A stretch of 64,000 nucleotides of DNA from Thermodesulfobacteriota bacterium (lineage in GTDB: Bacteria > Desulfobacterota > Desulfobulbia > Desulfobulbales > SURF-16): positions 189 to 64,188 of the forward strand of contig JBDLJA010000009.1 of assembly GCA_039714595.1 (NCBI GenBank), written 5' to 3'. The notes beneath the pieces were generated by a model. That model did not search any database and was not told the origin of the DNA. It was given only the letters and a program-made list of their open reading frames with translations. The number at the start of each line of letters is the position of its first letter. Positions within the stretch are counted from its first letter, which is position 1. This document shows, one piece after another, positions 49,099 through 58,336 of the stretch. Both the position numbers and the translations under genes were made by a program.

Positions 49099-49941
49099 CT
49101 AGCTGTAATCCCCCATGAACTTGCTGTTGTTGGGGGCCACTACCCACAGGCACCAGTTTTCCGTCCGGGTCCGTTCCAGAAATTTCACCTTCTGGGCCGG
49201 CAGGGCCGCCAGCAGCTCCGCCTCCATGGAGCGGATGAAGCCGGACAGGATATAGAGGTTTGCCTGCCAGAAATCAGGGGAGGCAAACATCTCCTCCAGC
49301 AGGCCGCGGTACAGGTTGGCCACCACCAGATCGAAACCCGCCGTGGTTGGCGGGTTGAGGCGGAGATCCGCCTGTTCCACTCTGATCTGCCCCGCCACCT
49401 TGTTGCGCCGGGCATTGCTCTCAGCTACCTGGCAGGCCAGGGGGTTGTTGTCCACCGCCACCACCTGGCCCACGCCATGTTTTGCCGCGGCGATACTCAA
49501 GAGCCCCGTGCCAGTGCCTAAGTCAAGCATGGAGTTGATGGCAAGCTCCGGGGTCTTCACATATTTGTCCACTAGAGAGAGGCAGGTTCGGGTGGTGGGG
49601 TGAAAGCCGCTGCCGAATATGACGCTGGGGTCAAGGACGATGTCCGCCTCACCTGACTCCCAGACCGGGGCCACCGTGAATGAGCCCACCGAAAAGGTGG
49701 TGATCTGCTGACCCGCCTCCCACTCCTCATAGCTCAGGTCTGCCTGATAGATAATGGCGCAACTATGCTCCTGGCAAATTCGCGCCACCAATTCTTCCTG
49801 GGCTTGGTGAAAGAAGAGAACAGTGGTGTCATCCTCTATCCAGACGCCGATAAGCTCCGGGCTGTCTGGTTCTGGCAGATCAATCTTGTCCAGGTGGTAG
49901 ACGTACAGGTGGTCGTAGCGTTTATAGGGGGGGTGGAGCAT
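49099..49941 (-). CDS. PrmA-like (ribosomal protein L11) SAM-dependent methyltransferase
   Basis: VAPVWE, IFGSGFHPTT, LDLGTGTGLLSI and DLVVANL. Confidence 0.82.
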   Translation of the reverse strand: MLHPPYKRYDHLYVYHLDKIDLPEPDSPELIGVWIEDDTTVLFFHQAQEELVARICQEHSCAIIYQADLSYEEWEAGQQITTFSVGSFTVAPVWESGEADIVLDPSVIFGSGFHPTTRTCLSLVDKYVKTPELAINSMLDLGTGTGLLSIAAAKHGVGQVVAVDNNPLACQVAESNARRNKVAGQIRVEQADLRLNPPTTAGFDLVVANLYRGLLEEMFASPDFWQANLYILSGFIRSMEAELLAALPAQKVKFLERTRTENWCLWVVAPNNSKFMGDYS

Positions 49942-49945
49942 TGTT

Positions 49946-52900
49946 TTAGGGTCCGGCTGATGGTGAAAGGTGGCTCAGGGAAAAATCCACCCGCGTGCCG
50001 CTGCGGCCGGAATTTTTCTGGGCAATTATAGTCTGATGGCTGGCAACGGCCAGCTGTTCTTCGCCGACCCCATGGAGCTCGATGAGAATGGCCTTCGTGG
50101 TCAGGCAGCGCTGTTGGGCCAGGGCCAGGAGTTCGTTTTTTTTCACCATGGTCAGTTCGGCCGGGACAGGGGGGGGCAGGCGGGCAATTTCTTCCTGGCT
50201 GTGGGTCTGTGCGGCCTGCGGGGCCCCCTGTTGTTGCTGCTGCTGCTCCTGGAGGCGCTGCTTTTTAATCTGGCCCAGGGCCGCCCGGTCGGAGTCGCCA
50301 TCGGCAAAGCCGTGCAGGGTCAGGAGCAACAGGGGCCGCTCTTTCAAGGTGGCGGCCAGCTCTTTTAAGGTCGTCTCATCAGCTGTAATGGCGTCTGAAC
50401 CGGGGGCGAAGATGAGGTGGTCGGCCGGCGGGTCATTGGCCTCGTGGCCGGAGCTTAACAGGCTGAAGGGGGCAATCTTGGCCTTGAGAAGTTTCTTGCG
50501 TAACTCCTTGGCCAGGGCGCCCCTGTAGCTATAAGAGGGTTCAGCGAGGGCGCCGTTGAGGTTGAACTCGAGGTTGATGAGCCCCTCTTGGTCGCTGGTT
50601 AGGGCGATAGCTGTGGCCAGCTCCCCCTTCGGCTCTGTCTGGTCAATGGTTATGCCGGACAGCTGCATCAGGTTCTTGGCCTTGACCCTGTTCTCCTCTT
50701 GTTGGTAGTCGATCTGGCTGGTAATGGTGCCGCCTAAGATCTCCTGCTGGAGAATGGGCAACAGGTAGCCTGAGATGGGCGCCAGGGGGAAATCACTGAT
50801 CTCTATCTTAAGACTGGCCGGCAACGGTTTGGCAAAGGGGCTCAGGCTGCCCGTAACCTTGGTTGTCCCCTGACTGTTCAGCCGTCCCTGCAGGTCAATG
50901 GCCATCTGCTGGTTTGAATCGGTCGTAAGTCCGGTGAGGGTGGCCTGGAGTTCACTGACCTTAATGGCCAGGGGCGGGGCCAGGCCCTGGTCGATTATCT
51001 CCCCCTGGCCATCGCTAACCTCTACCTCTGCAACCTTAATGGCGGCCCCCCCCTGGGCGGACTCCGTCTTCTCGGCCTTACTGGGGTCGGCCTGGGGCTG
51101 CAGCTGGAGACGGAAGTTGGGGCTATCTAAACGTGTCTGCCCCAGGGCTATGGTCAGGGGGCTCAGGCTGATCTGGCTCTCTTTACTCTCCAGCCTGGGG
51201 ATGGAAAACGTGAGACGGTCTGTTTTGCCCTGGACAGCTGAGAGGGCGATGGCGCCCTGGAAGGACTTGGCGCTCAAGTCAACTGTGCCTTTGCCATGCA
51301 ACCGGGCCTTGTTGATGGTGGCCGTGGGAAAGAGGGCCTGGCTGGGGCCCTGCAGGAGTTGGCTGGCGGGATAGTTGTTCATGGCCAGATCAATGGTGCC
51401 GTCCCAGGGGGCGGTTGTGACCTGGCCGGTGGCGCTGAGATCGGCGTGGTCTGGCAGGCTGATCTGGGCCTGCAGATCATAAACCTTATTGTTCTGTTTA
51501 GCCTCGCCCTTGACAATGGTGAGGGTATATCTGTCGCGGGGTTGCACTGGAAAGTTGTCCAGTCTGATATTGGTGTTCTGCAACTGCAGCTGCTGGAAGT
51601 TTGTCCACCTGGGCGCCGGCTGGCCGGCTGTTGACTTGAAGATGACGGCCATGGTGGCAGGCGAGAGGTTAAGCTCAGCCCCGCTGAGGGTAATGTCTCC
51701 TAAGTGCGGAGGCTGGCCCGACTCAAAGGAGCCATTCGCGCATTTTAGCATGGCTATCTGGATTAATTTATGGCCATCCTGGTTAAGGCGCAGATTGCTG
51801 ATCTCGCCATGGATCTTTTCTGCCCTGGCGCGGATTGACCGGTCTGGCTTGACAGAGATATGGGCCTGGCCCTCTATCTTTTTAATGATACCGGCGGTGC
51901 AGTCAATATGCTGCTCGTTTTGGAAATAACTGTTCAGGGCGGCTAAGGGAAGGTTGTTGATTACCACCAGGCCGTCCATGCTCAGGCGGGGGTGGACGCG
52001 CAGGGTGCCCTGGCTGGCGATGTGGGTGCCGCGGCTGGTGATACAGTTAAAGGCGTAGGCCCTCTCTTTCTTGTTGTCGCTTTTGTCTACCGTGAGATTG
52101 AGCCGGGAAAAGGTGGCCGCGAAACCGCCCTTAACCTTCTGGTCTATAACCGATAATTTGCCATTATTAACCATGAGGCTCTCAACCTCAATCTTGGTCG
52201 CCTTGGGGCTGGCGGTGAGGGCCGGCAGGTACCAGCCCTCCTCCTGCGTATGGCGGAGCTGTAACTCCGGCTGTTGCAGGGAGAGTTGGTCAAAGATAAG
52301 GGTTGCCTGGGCCGGCTCATAGCGGAATTTGAAGGTGGCGGAGGATACCTTGTTTTCCTTGCTCTCTTTGCCGCTGAGCCAGAGATCACGGGCCACCCCC
52401 GAACCGCTGATGGTCAGCGGGCTACCGCTGTCCTCCAGTGAGATGGCGACCTTTAGATCAATATCAGCCCGGCCATTGGCCAGGTTGGCCAGGGGGTTGC
52501 CAGGGATGTAGGCCAGGTATTGGGGTAGGCTGATATCGCGGAAGGCCAGATGGAGGCCCCTGCCTGGCTGGCCCTGGCCTGTGGAGCCGCCCAGTTCCAT
52601 GGGGCTGCCATTGACCATGGCTGAGAAGCGGGGGGCAATGGCTCTGCCAGCGCCTCTCCGGTAACCATTGTAAAGCAGGTTTACCTCTTCCAGTTCATGG
52701 GTGGTGGCGGTTAGCTGGTCGCTGAAGGTGAGACGGCTGTTGCTGATGGCGACATCGGTGCTCAGCAGGCTGGTTATCAGGGCCTGGCCCGGGGGGGAGG
52801 CTGCCTTGGAGCCAGACCATTGTTTATAGCTCTCCAGGATGTTTATCTCCCCTGAGGTGGGGCGATTGACGTGGAGAAAGATGGTGTTGCCGCTGAGGTT

Positions 52901-53329
52901 TCTGATGATTGATCTGCTGCTCAGGAGGCCGAGGGGTTGCAGGCGCAGGTCAAGGCGGCCGATGGCAAGCAGGGGGTCAACCGGGTCGTCTGCCAGCTTT
53001 GTATCGGCCCCGATAATGCCATTTTTTATGGTGAGATGCAGGCTGAAGGGGTTGAAACGGGCCGAACCGATGGTGGCAGGTCTGCCCAGCCGCGCCTCCA
53101 GCTGGGTGGTTAAGGTGTTTTTGATCAGCAGGGGGATGAGGACAAAGCCCGCCAAGGTGTAGCAGAAAAAGAAGAGGGTGGTGAACAGGATTAGCTTGCT
53201 GGTGCCGCTCATGGGTTTGGCCGGGAGTTTCCGCTGGCCGGGGTCACGCTCCCTCTTGTCATTCTGGCCATGGCGGCTATGCATCCCCTGCATCTGACTG
53301 GGGCTGGGGCCATCTTGCTCGTGGTTCAT
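49946..53329 (-). CDS. DUF748 (AsmA-like) protein with C-terminal OmpA-like domain
   Basis: N-terminal TM, RFNPFSL, beta-rich repeats, LIFAPGS..LHGFADGDSD C-terminal domain. Confidence 0.8.
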   Translation of the reverse strand: MNHEQDGPSPSQMQGMHSRHGQNDKRERDPGQRKLPAKPMSGTSKLILFTTLFFFCYTLAGFVLIPLLIKNTLTTQLEARLGRPATIGSARFNPFSLHLTIKNGIIGADTKLADDPVDPLLAIGRLDLRLQPLGLLSSRSIIRNLSGNTIFLHVNRPTSGEINILESYKQWSGSKAASPPGQALITSLLSTDVAISNSRLTFSDQLTATTHELEEVNLLYNGYRRGAGRAIAPRFSAMVNGSPMELGGSTGQGQPGRGLHLAFRDISLPQYLAYIPGNPLANLANGRADIDLKVAISLEDSGSPLTISGSGVARDLWLSGKESKENKVSSATFKFRYEPAQATLIFDQLSLQQPELQLRHTQEEGWYLPALTASPKATKIEVESLMVNNGKLSVIDQKVKGGFAATFSRLNLTVDKSDNKKERAYAFNCITSRGTHIASQGTLRVHPRLSMDGLVVINNLPLAALNSYFQNEQHIDCTAGIIKKIEGQAHISVKPDRSIRARAEKIHGEISNLRLNQDGHKLIQIAMLKCANGSFESGQPPHLGDITLSGAELNLSPATMAVIFKSTAGQPAPRWTNFQQLQLQNTNIRLDNFPVQPRDRYTLTIVKGEAKQNNKVYDLQAQISLPDHADLSATGQVTTAPWDGTIDLAMNNYPASQLLQGPSQALFPTATINKARLHGKGTVDLSAKSFQGAIALSAVQGKTDRLTFSIPRLESKESQISLSPLTIALGQTRLDSPNFRLQLQPQADPSKAEKTESAQGGAAIKVAEVEVSDGQGEIIDQGLAPPLAIKVSELQATLTGLTTDSNQQMAIDLQGRLNSQGTTKVTGSLSPFAKPLPASLKIEISDFPLAPISGYLLPILQQEILGGTITSQIDYQQEENRVKAKNLMQLSGITIDQTEPKGELATAIALTSDQEGLINLEFNLNGALAEPSYSYRGALAKELRKKLLKAKIAPFSLLSSGHEANDPPADHLIFAPGSDAITADETTLKELAATLKERPLLLLTLHGFADGDSDRAALGQIKKQRLQEQQQQQQGAPQAAQTHSQEEIARLPPPVPAELTMVKKNELLALAQQRCLTTKAILIELHGVGEEQLAVASHQTIIAQKNSGRSGTRVDFSLSHLSPSAGP

Positions 53330-53694
53330 GTATAAGGACGGTTGTTGGCAGTTTCTTCTGCTGTTGTGATCAGTGACGTTGCCACGGTTGCTCCACCGGC
53401 AACCTGTCTTGGACCAAGGGGATGGTCAGCGTCTCGAGATACCCTATCTGCTGGCTATTTGCCAGGGCAAATATGACCGGGGCCCCCAGGCGGGCCATGG
53501 AGCTTTGCCTGGGGTTGCCCGGCGGCTTCCTCCACAATAGCCCATCCAATTTAATTGGGAAAGGGATTGGGGGCCCTGGATTTCTCCTGCCGGTCGGGGT
53601 GAGGGGGAGGGGGAGGGGGGGCATCGCTCTCTCTTCTGGCCGGCAGGGGGAGACTGCTGTTGAAATCAGCTGGCCTCCCTGCTAATATGCGGCA

Positions 53695-53892
53695 ATGAAA
53701 TTATTGATATCCCTTGTGGGGATGGTTCTGATCCTGGAATCACTGCCCTATCTTGCCTTTCCTGACAGTATGAAAGAGTGGTTGCGCCAGCTTTCCGAGA
53801 TGGACAGCGGTCTCTTGCGGGCCATGGGTCTGGTTGCCCTGGTCGCTGGCCTCATTCTCTGTTATCTCGCCCAGCGTTCTGGCCTCTTTTAG
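53695..53892 (+). CDS. DUF2065 family small membrane protein
   Basis: LVGMVLILESLPYLAFP..LRAMGLVALVAG pattern. Confidence 0.85.
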   Translation: MKLLISLVGMVLILESLPYLAFPDSMKEWLRQLSEMDSGLLRAMGLVALVAGLILCYLAQRSGLF

Positions 53893-53921
53893 ACTGGCCT
53901 CTGCCTCCGTAACTAAGTTAA

Positions 53922-55052
53922 GTGTCTGCAATGCCTCAAGATATTAAAGGTGACTCCGCTTTTTCCCTGGCCAGTTATGACTTTGAGCTGCCGCCGGAGT
54001 TGATTGCCCAGCAGCCGGTTGCCACCCGCCATGAGTCCAGGTTGTTGGCCTATGATACCCGCTCTTCTGCCATAAGCGATCTCGTTTTCCGCGATGTTGC
54101 GGAGTTGTTTGCCCCCGGGGATCTGCTGGTGGTTAATGACACCAAGGTCTTTCCCGCCCGTCTGCAGGGCAGGAAAGAGAGCGGCGGCAAGGTGGAGCTC
54201 CTGCTCCTTGAGTATCCTGCCCTGCCGCCCCGGGCCCTTGCCGGGCGGCCTGGCTGGCAACAGGTTCCGGCCCTGGCCCTGCTCAAGAGTTCCCGGCGGC
54301 CCAAGCTGGGATCCCTCCTCATGTTCAATGAGCAGTTGCAGGCCAGGGTGGGGGAGGTTCTTGCTGCGGGTAAGGTTGCCCTGACCCTTTATTTTAAGGG
54401 CGGACACCTGGCAGAGATCCTTGAGCGTTACGGGCAATTGCCGTTGCCACCCTATATTGATCGCCAGCAGGGGGAAGAGCCTGGTGATCGCCAGCGTTAT
54501 CAGACCGTCTATGCCAGTAAGACCGGGGCCGTTGCCGCTCCCACGGCCGGGCTCCATTTCAGTGAGGAGTTGCTGGCCAGGCTACGGGCCAAGGGGGTGC
54601 AGCAGACGGCCGTAACCCTGCACGTGGGTTACGGTACCTTCGCCCCGGTGCGGGTGGCGGATATCCGTGATCATCAGATCCATTCCGAGTATTTAACGGT
54701 GTCTGAGTCCACGGCGGCCCTGGTCAATGAGACCAGGGAGGCTGGCCGCAGGGTGTGGGCCGTGGGTACCACCACGGTGCGGGCCCTGGAGTTTGCCGCC
54801 GACAGCCAGGGGAAGGTCGTGGCCCGGCAGGGGGATTGTGCTCTTTACATCTATCCCGGCTACCGTTTCAAGGTGGTGGATAATCTGATAACCAATTTCC
54901 ATCTACCCCGGACATCCCTGCTCTTTCTGGTCAGCGCCCTGGCTGGCGAGGAGGGGATCAAACGCTGTTACGAACACGCGGTGGCCCACCGTTATCGTTT
55001 CTTCAGTTATGGCGATGCCATGGCCATTATTGGCGGCCGCCGGCGGGGTTAA
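53922..55052 (+). CDS. queA: S-adenosylmethionine:tRNA ribosyltransferase-isomerase
   Basis: YDFELPPELIAQ, NDTKVFPAR, PLPPYI, YQTVYA, AAPTAGLHF, LHVGYGTF, TNFHLP and FFSYGDA. Confidence 0.97.
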   Translation: MSAMPQDIKGDSAFSLASYDFELPPELIAQQPVATRHESRLLAYDTRSSAISDLVFRDVAELFAPGDLLVVNDTKVFPARLQGRKESGGKVELLLLEYPALPPRALAGRPGWQQVPALALLKSSRRPKLGSLLMFNEQLQARVGEVLAAGKVALTLYFKGGHLAEILERYGQLPLPPYIDRQQGEEPGDRQRYQTVYASKTGAVAAPTAGLHFSEELLARLRAKGVQQTAVTLHVGYGTFAPVRVADIRDHQIHSEYLTVSESTAALVNETREAGRRVWAVGTTTVRALEFAADSQGKVVARQGDCALYIYPGYRFKVVDNLITNFHLPRTSLLFLVSALAGEEGIKRCYEHAVAHRYRFFSYGDAMAIIGGRRRG

Positions 55053-55060
55053 AAGGGGTG

Positions 55061-55345
55061 TTAAGAGGCGCAGGGGCAGTTGGCCGCCTTGGGGCAACTA
55101 GCCTTTTTCTCCGCCTTGGCCTTTGATTTTGCCGGGGTGCTGTCTTTGCTGGCCCCAGAAGATTTGCTGTTGCCGTAGCCATCGGCGTACCAGCCTCCTC
55201 CCTTTAGATGAAAGGAGCTCTGGGAGATCAGTTTCTGCACCGGGCCATCACAGTCAGGGCATTTCTCCAAGGGGCCATCTGACATGCTCTGCCATAGTTC
55301 AGTTATGCTCTGGCATTCCTGACACTCATATTCGTAGATGGGCAT
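55061..55345 (-). CDS. FmdB family zinc-ribbon regulatory protein
   Basis: MPIYEYECQEC..CPDC..KLIS..FHLKGGGWY. Confidence 0.92.
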   Translation of the reverse strand: MPIYEYECQECQSITELWQSMSDGPLEKCPDCDGPVQKLISQSSFHLKGGGWYADGYGNSKSSGASKDSTPAKSKAKAEKKASCPKAANCPCAS

Positions 55346-56132
55346 GATTTCTACCTCTTAAGACTATTGTTGTAAGTTCACTGAAATGGTCATTTTTAAT
55401 GGCGCTTTTGCTCACTGTCAATGATGATTTGCAAAAAGCTTTTTGGCAGAGATGGGTCTTAACTGCTGATTTGTAGTTTTTTCAAGGTATTTGCCATGGG
55501 CCAATGCCTTGAAGGAGCTTAGGGCGCTTATCTTTTTTGTTGTTGGGTAACCGTTTGCCACGTCGTCTCTGGCTCTTGCTTGGCCTGGGCATATGTCCCG
55601 GCTTGGGACAATAATTATTGCCAGGGAATAAATTCTCCCCCTCCCCTTTTTTAGCTGAAAAAAAATCTTGTAGTTGCCTAAGTTGTTTCTCCGCGTCCCT
55701 TTGCTGGAAAGGTATTGAGTGTTAAGGGGGCTGGTCAGGAGATTTGCCCTGTTTAACTGGAACAACTTCCCTGCCTGCCATTGCTGCCCCTGTCGCCTTG
55801 CACCATTCAGGCTCTATCCTGTGCCGGAGCAAATATATTATACCCCTTTACTGATCAACCAGGCGGACCCTGGGTTGCGCCAGGTATCGTCTCCTTGGTT
55901 ATATATTGGCAAAGATGATCATCAACAGGGGGGTAATTGCCTGCCCACTGGTCATGCTAGATAGCACCCGGCTTAGGCCCATGAATCAACCATTCTGCTG
56001 GTTAATGGTAAGTAGCTATTGAAAAGTTTTTATATGAAGATATATATTTGCGTGTAGTTTAAATTGTTGCTATGGTTAAGAATAATTTTTCATCAATTGT
56101 TAAGATTACTCTATCCGCTTAAAGGAGAAAAA

Positions 56133-56609
56133 ATGTCAAAGTCATTACTAGAGATGGCAGCTGATATTGTCAAGTCACAGGCCCAAGCAACTGTTATGTC
56201 AACTGAGGAGGTAACCCAGGCCCTGCAGTCCACCTTTACCTCTCTCCAGTCATTGCAGTCCATGGAGGCCAATGCTGAAATGGGTGCCGCCTCTGACAAG
56301 GAGGCCCCTGCTGTCGATATCAAGCCTGAGCGCTCCATCCTGAAAAACAAGATAATCTGTCTGGAGTGTGGCGAGTCTTTTAAGATGTTGTCGCCCAAGC
56401 ATCTGCGTTCCCATGGCCTTGATGGCCGCTCCTACCGGAAAAAATATGGCTTGCCCCTGCGCCAGGCCCTGTGTGCCAAGTCCCTCTCTGATCGTCGCAA
56501 GAAGGCGGGGAAAGAGCGCGGCCTGCCTGATAACCTGCGTAAGTCCATTGAGGCGCGCAGTAAGGCTGGTGCCAAGAAAAAGACCACCAGGGCCAAGAAA
56601 AAGAAATAA
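56133..56609 (+). CDS. Ros/MucR family transcriptional regulator / nucleoid protein
   Basis: IICLECGESFKMLSPKHLRSHGL..YRKKYGLP; AAGGAG SD; Lys-rich tail. Confidence 0.92.
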   Translation: MSKSLLEMAADIVKSQAQATVMSTEEVTQALQSTFTSLQSLQSMEANAEMGAASDKEAPAVDIKPERSILKNKIICLECGESFKMLSPKHLRSHGLDGRSYRKKYGLPLRQALCAKSLSDRRKKAGKERGLPDNLRKSIEARSKAGAKKKTTRAKKKK

Positions 56610-56633
56610 CAGTTTCGCTTAAAATCAGTTATG

Positions 56634-56674
56634 AAACAGGGAGAGCGGGGGATTACCCCACTCTCCCTGTTTTT
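56634..56674 (+). terminator. Rho-independent terminator after mucR
   Basis: AAACAGGGAGAG/CTCTCCCTGTTT stem with inner GGGG/CCCC, followed by a T tract. Confidence 0.8.
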
Positions 56675-56754
56675 GTTTAAGGGGTAGCCTTTCCCCTTGC
56701 TGGTATTGCCGGCATCTTTTGGGGCTGGCGGAGAATAGACAGAGGTTTTTTTTA

Positions 56755-57546
56755 ATGATCGGTATCTTTGATTCAGGTGTGGGCGGCATGACCGTGGCCC
56801 GGGCCGTGGAGCAGGTCCTGCCGGGGCAGGATATTGTCTATCTAGGTGACGTGGCCCGGGCCCCATATGGTTCCAAGAGCCCGCAGACCCTGCAACGTTA
56901 CGCCTGTCAAAATACGGAATTTCTCCTGGACAAAGGCGCCCAGTTGATAATTGTCGCCTGTAACTCCGCCGCCAGTGTGGCAGCTGACCTGCTTAAGGAG
57001 CGCTACCAGGTTCCCATCATAGAGGTGATAAGCCCGGCCGTGGCAAGCGCCGTGCAGAAGTCAGCCCAGGGGCGCATTGGCGTCATGGGGACCAGGGCCA
57101 CCATTAACAGCGGTATCTATGAGAAAAAGATTGCCGCCCTGCGCCCTGCTGCTACAGTGTTATCCCAGGCCTGCCCCTTACTGGTCCCCCTGGTGGAGGA
57201 GGGGTGGCTCCATAAAAGGGAGACCAAGATGATCATTCGCCGCTATCTCCAGCCCCTGAAAGCCAGGGGGCTTGATACCCTGATCCTGGGCTGTACCCAC
57301 TATCCCCTGCTGCGTGACCTCATTGCGGCCCGCATAGGCGCCCGGGTGCAGGTGATCGATTCCTCCCATGCCGTGGCCCGGACCGTGGCCTCCTTTTTAA
57401 AGGAGCGGCCGGGGCAGGCGGCAGATCCAGCCTCCTCCCCCAGCCGCAACTACTATGTCAGCGATGAGACAGAGGCGGTGAAAAGTATTGCCCGCCTTAT
57501 CTTTGCCCGGCAGGTGGAGCTGCACCAGGTAGCCGTGGGTGGCTGA
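56755..57546 (+). CDS. murI: Glutamate racemase
   Basis: IGIFDSGVGG, PYGSKS, ACNSAA and LGCTHYP catalytic cysteines. Confidence 0.96.
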   Translation: MIGIFDSGVGGMTVARAVEQVLPGQDIVYLGDVARAPYGSKSPQTLQRYACQNTEFLLDKGAQLIIVACNSAASVAADLLKERYQVPIIEVISPAVASAVQKSAQGRIGVMGTRATINSGIYEKKIAALRPAATVLSQACPLLVPLVEEGWLHKRETKMIIRRYLQPLKARGLDTLILGCTHYPLLRDLIAARIGARVQVIDSSHAVARTVASFLKERPGQAADPASSPSRNYYVSDETEAVKSIARLIFARQVELHQVAVGG

Positions 57547-57605
57547 TTTTTTTACTTTACTCGCAACTTTTCCCCTCAAGATTCTTAGCCTTTACTTAAA
57601 ATTCC

Positions 57606-58256
57606 ATGAAACAACATAGCCCCTTACTGATCTTTCTACTTCTTCTCCTGGCCCCATTCCCGGCCTTCGCCCTTGAGCCCCTTGAGATCGCCGCCGCCAT
57701 CCAGGGTAAGTATGAAGGGACCGCGGCTCTCACCGCTCACTTTGAGCAGGAGAGCGCCATTGCCGGCCTGGGTGGCCGTAAACAGCTGGGGCAGGGCACC
57801 CTGGCCGTTAAAAAACCAGGAAAGCTGCGCTGGGACTATAAGCTGCCCGCCCCCCAGGTTCTTATCTGTGACGGCGAGGAGGTGAGCCTTTACCTGGCCC
57901 AGGATAAGCAGATGATAGTCTCCCGGGCCGAGGAGTATCTGAACGAGGATCTCACTTACGCCTTCTTTGTTGGTAAGGGTAATATCAGCAAGGACTTTAA
58001 GGTGGAGGGTATGCCGCCGGAGCTGGCCGAGCCAGGCCATCACGGCTTGCGGCTCACCCCCAACCGCCACCATGGTCAGGTGCAGTATCTTCTCCTCTGG
58101 GTGGATGAGGCGATGCAGATCACCCATATCCGCATTGTGGATCATCTGCAGTCCACCACCGATATCCGCCTCAGTCAGATCCGCTTAAACGGCGAGTTAT
58201 CCGATTCTCTCTTTGATTTTGCTCCCCCCAAAGGAACCGAGATAATCCTCCAGTAG
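57606..58256 (+). CDS. lolA: Outer membrane lipoprotein carrier protein
   Basis: Signal peptide, AHFEQ, KKPGKLRWDY..PQVLICDG, C-terminal LFDFAPPKGTEII. Confidence 0.9.
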   Translation: MKQHSPLLIFLLLLLAPFPAFALEPLEIAAAIQGKYEGTAALTAHFEQESAIAGLGGRKQLGQGTLAVKKPGKLRWDYKLPAPQVLICDGEEVSLYLAQDKQMIVSRAEEYLNEDLTYAFFVGKGNISKDFKVEGMPPELAEPGHHGLRLTPNRHHGQVQYLLLWVDEAMQITHIRIVDHLQSTTDIRLSQIRLNGELSDSLFDFAPPKGTEIILQ

Positions 58257-58336
58257 GATTTTTTGCTTATCTGCTGTCTGCCGCTCATTCCGGCAAACCG
58301 ATTGCTTACTGGCCAGCCCCCTGAATTAAAGAACAG

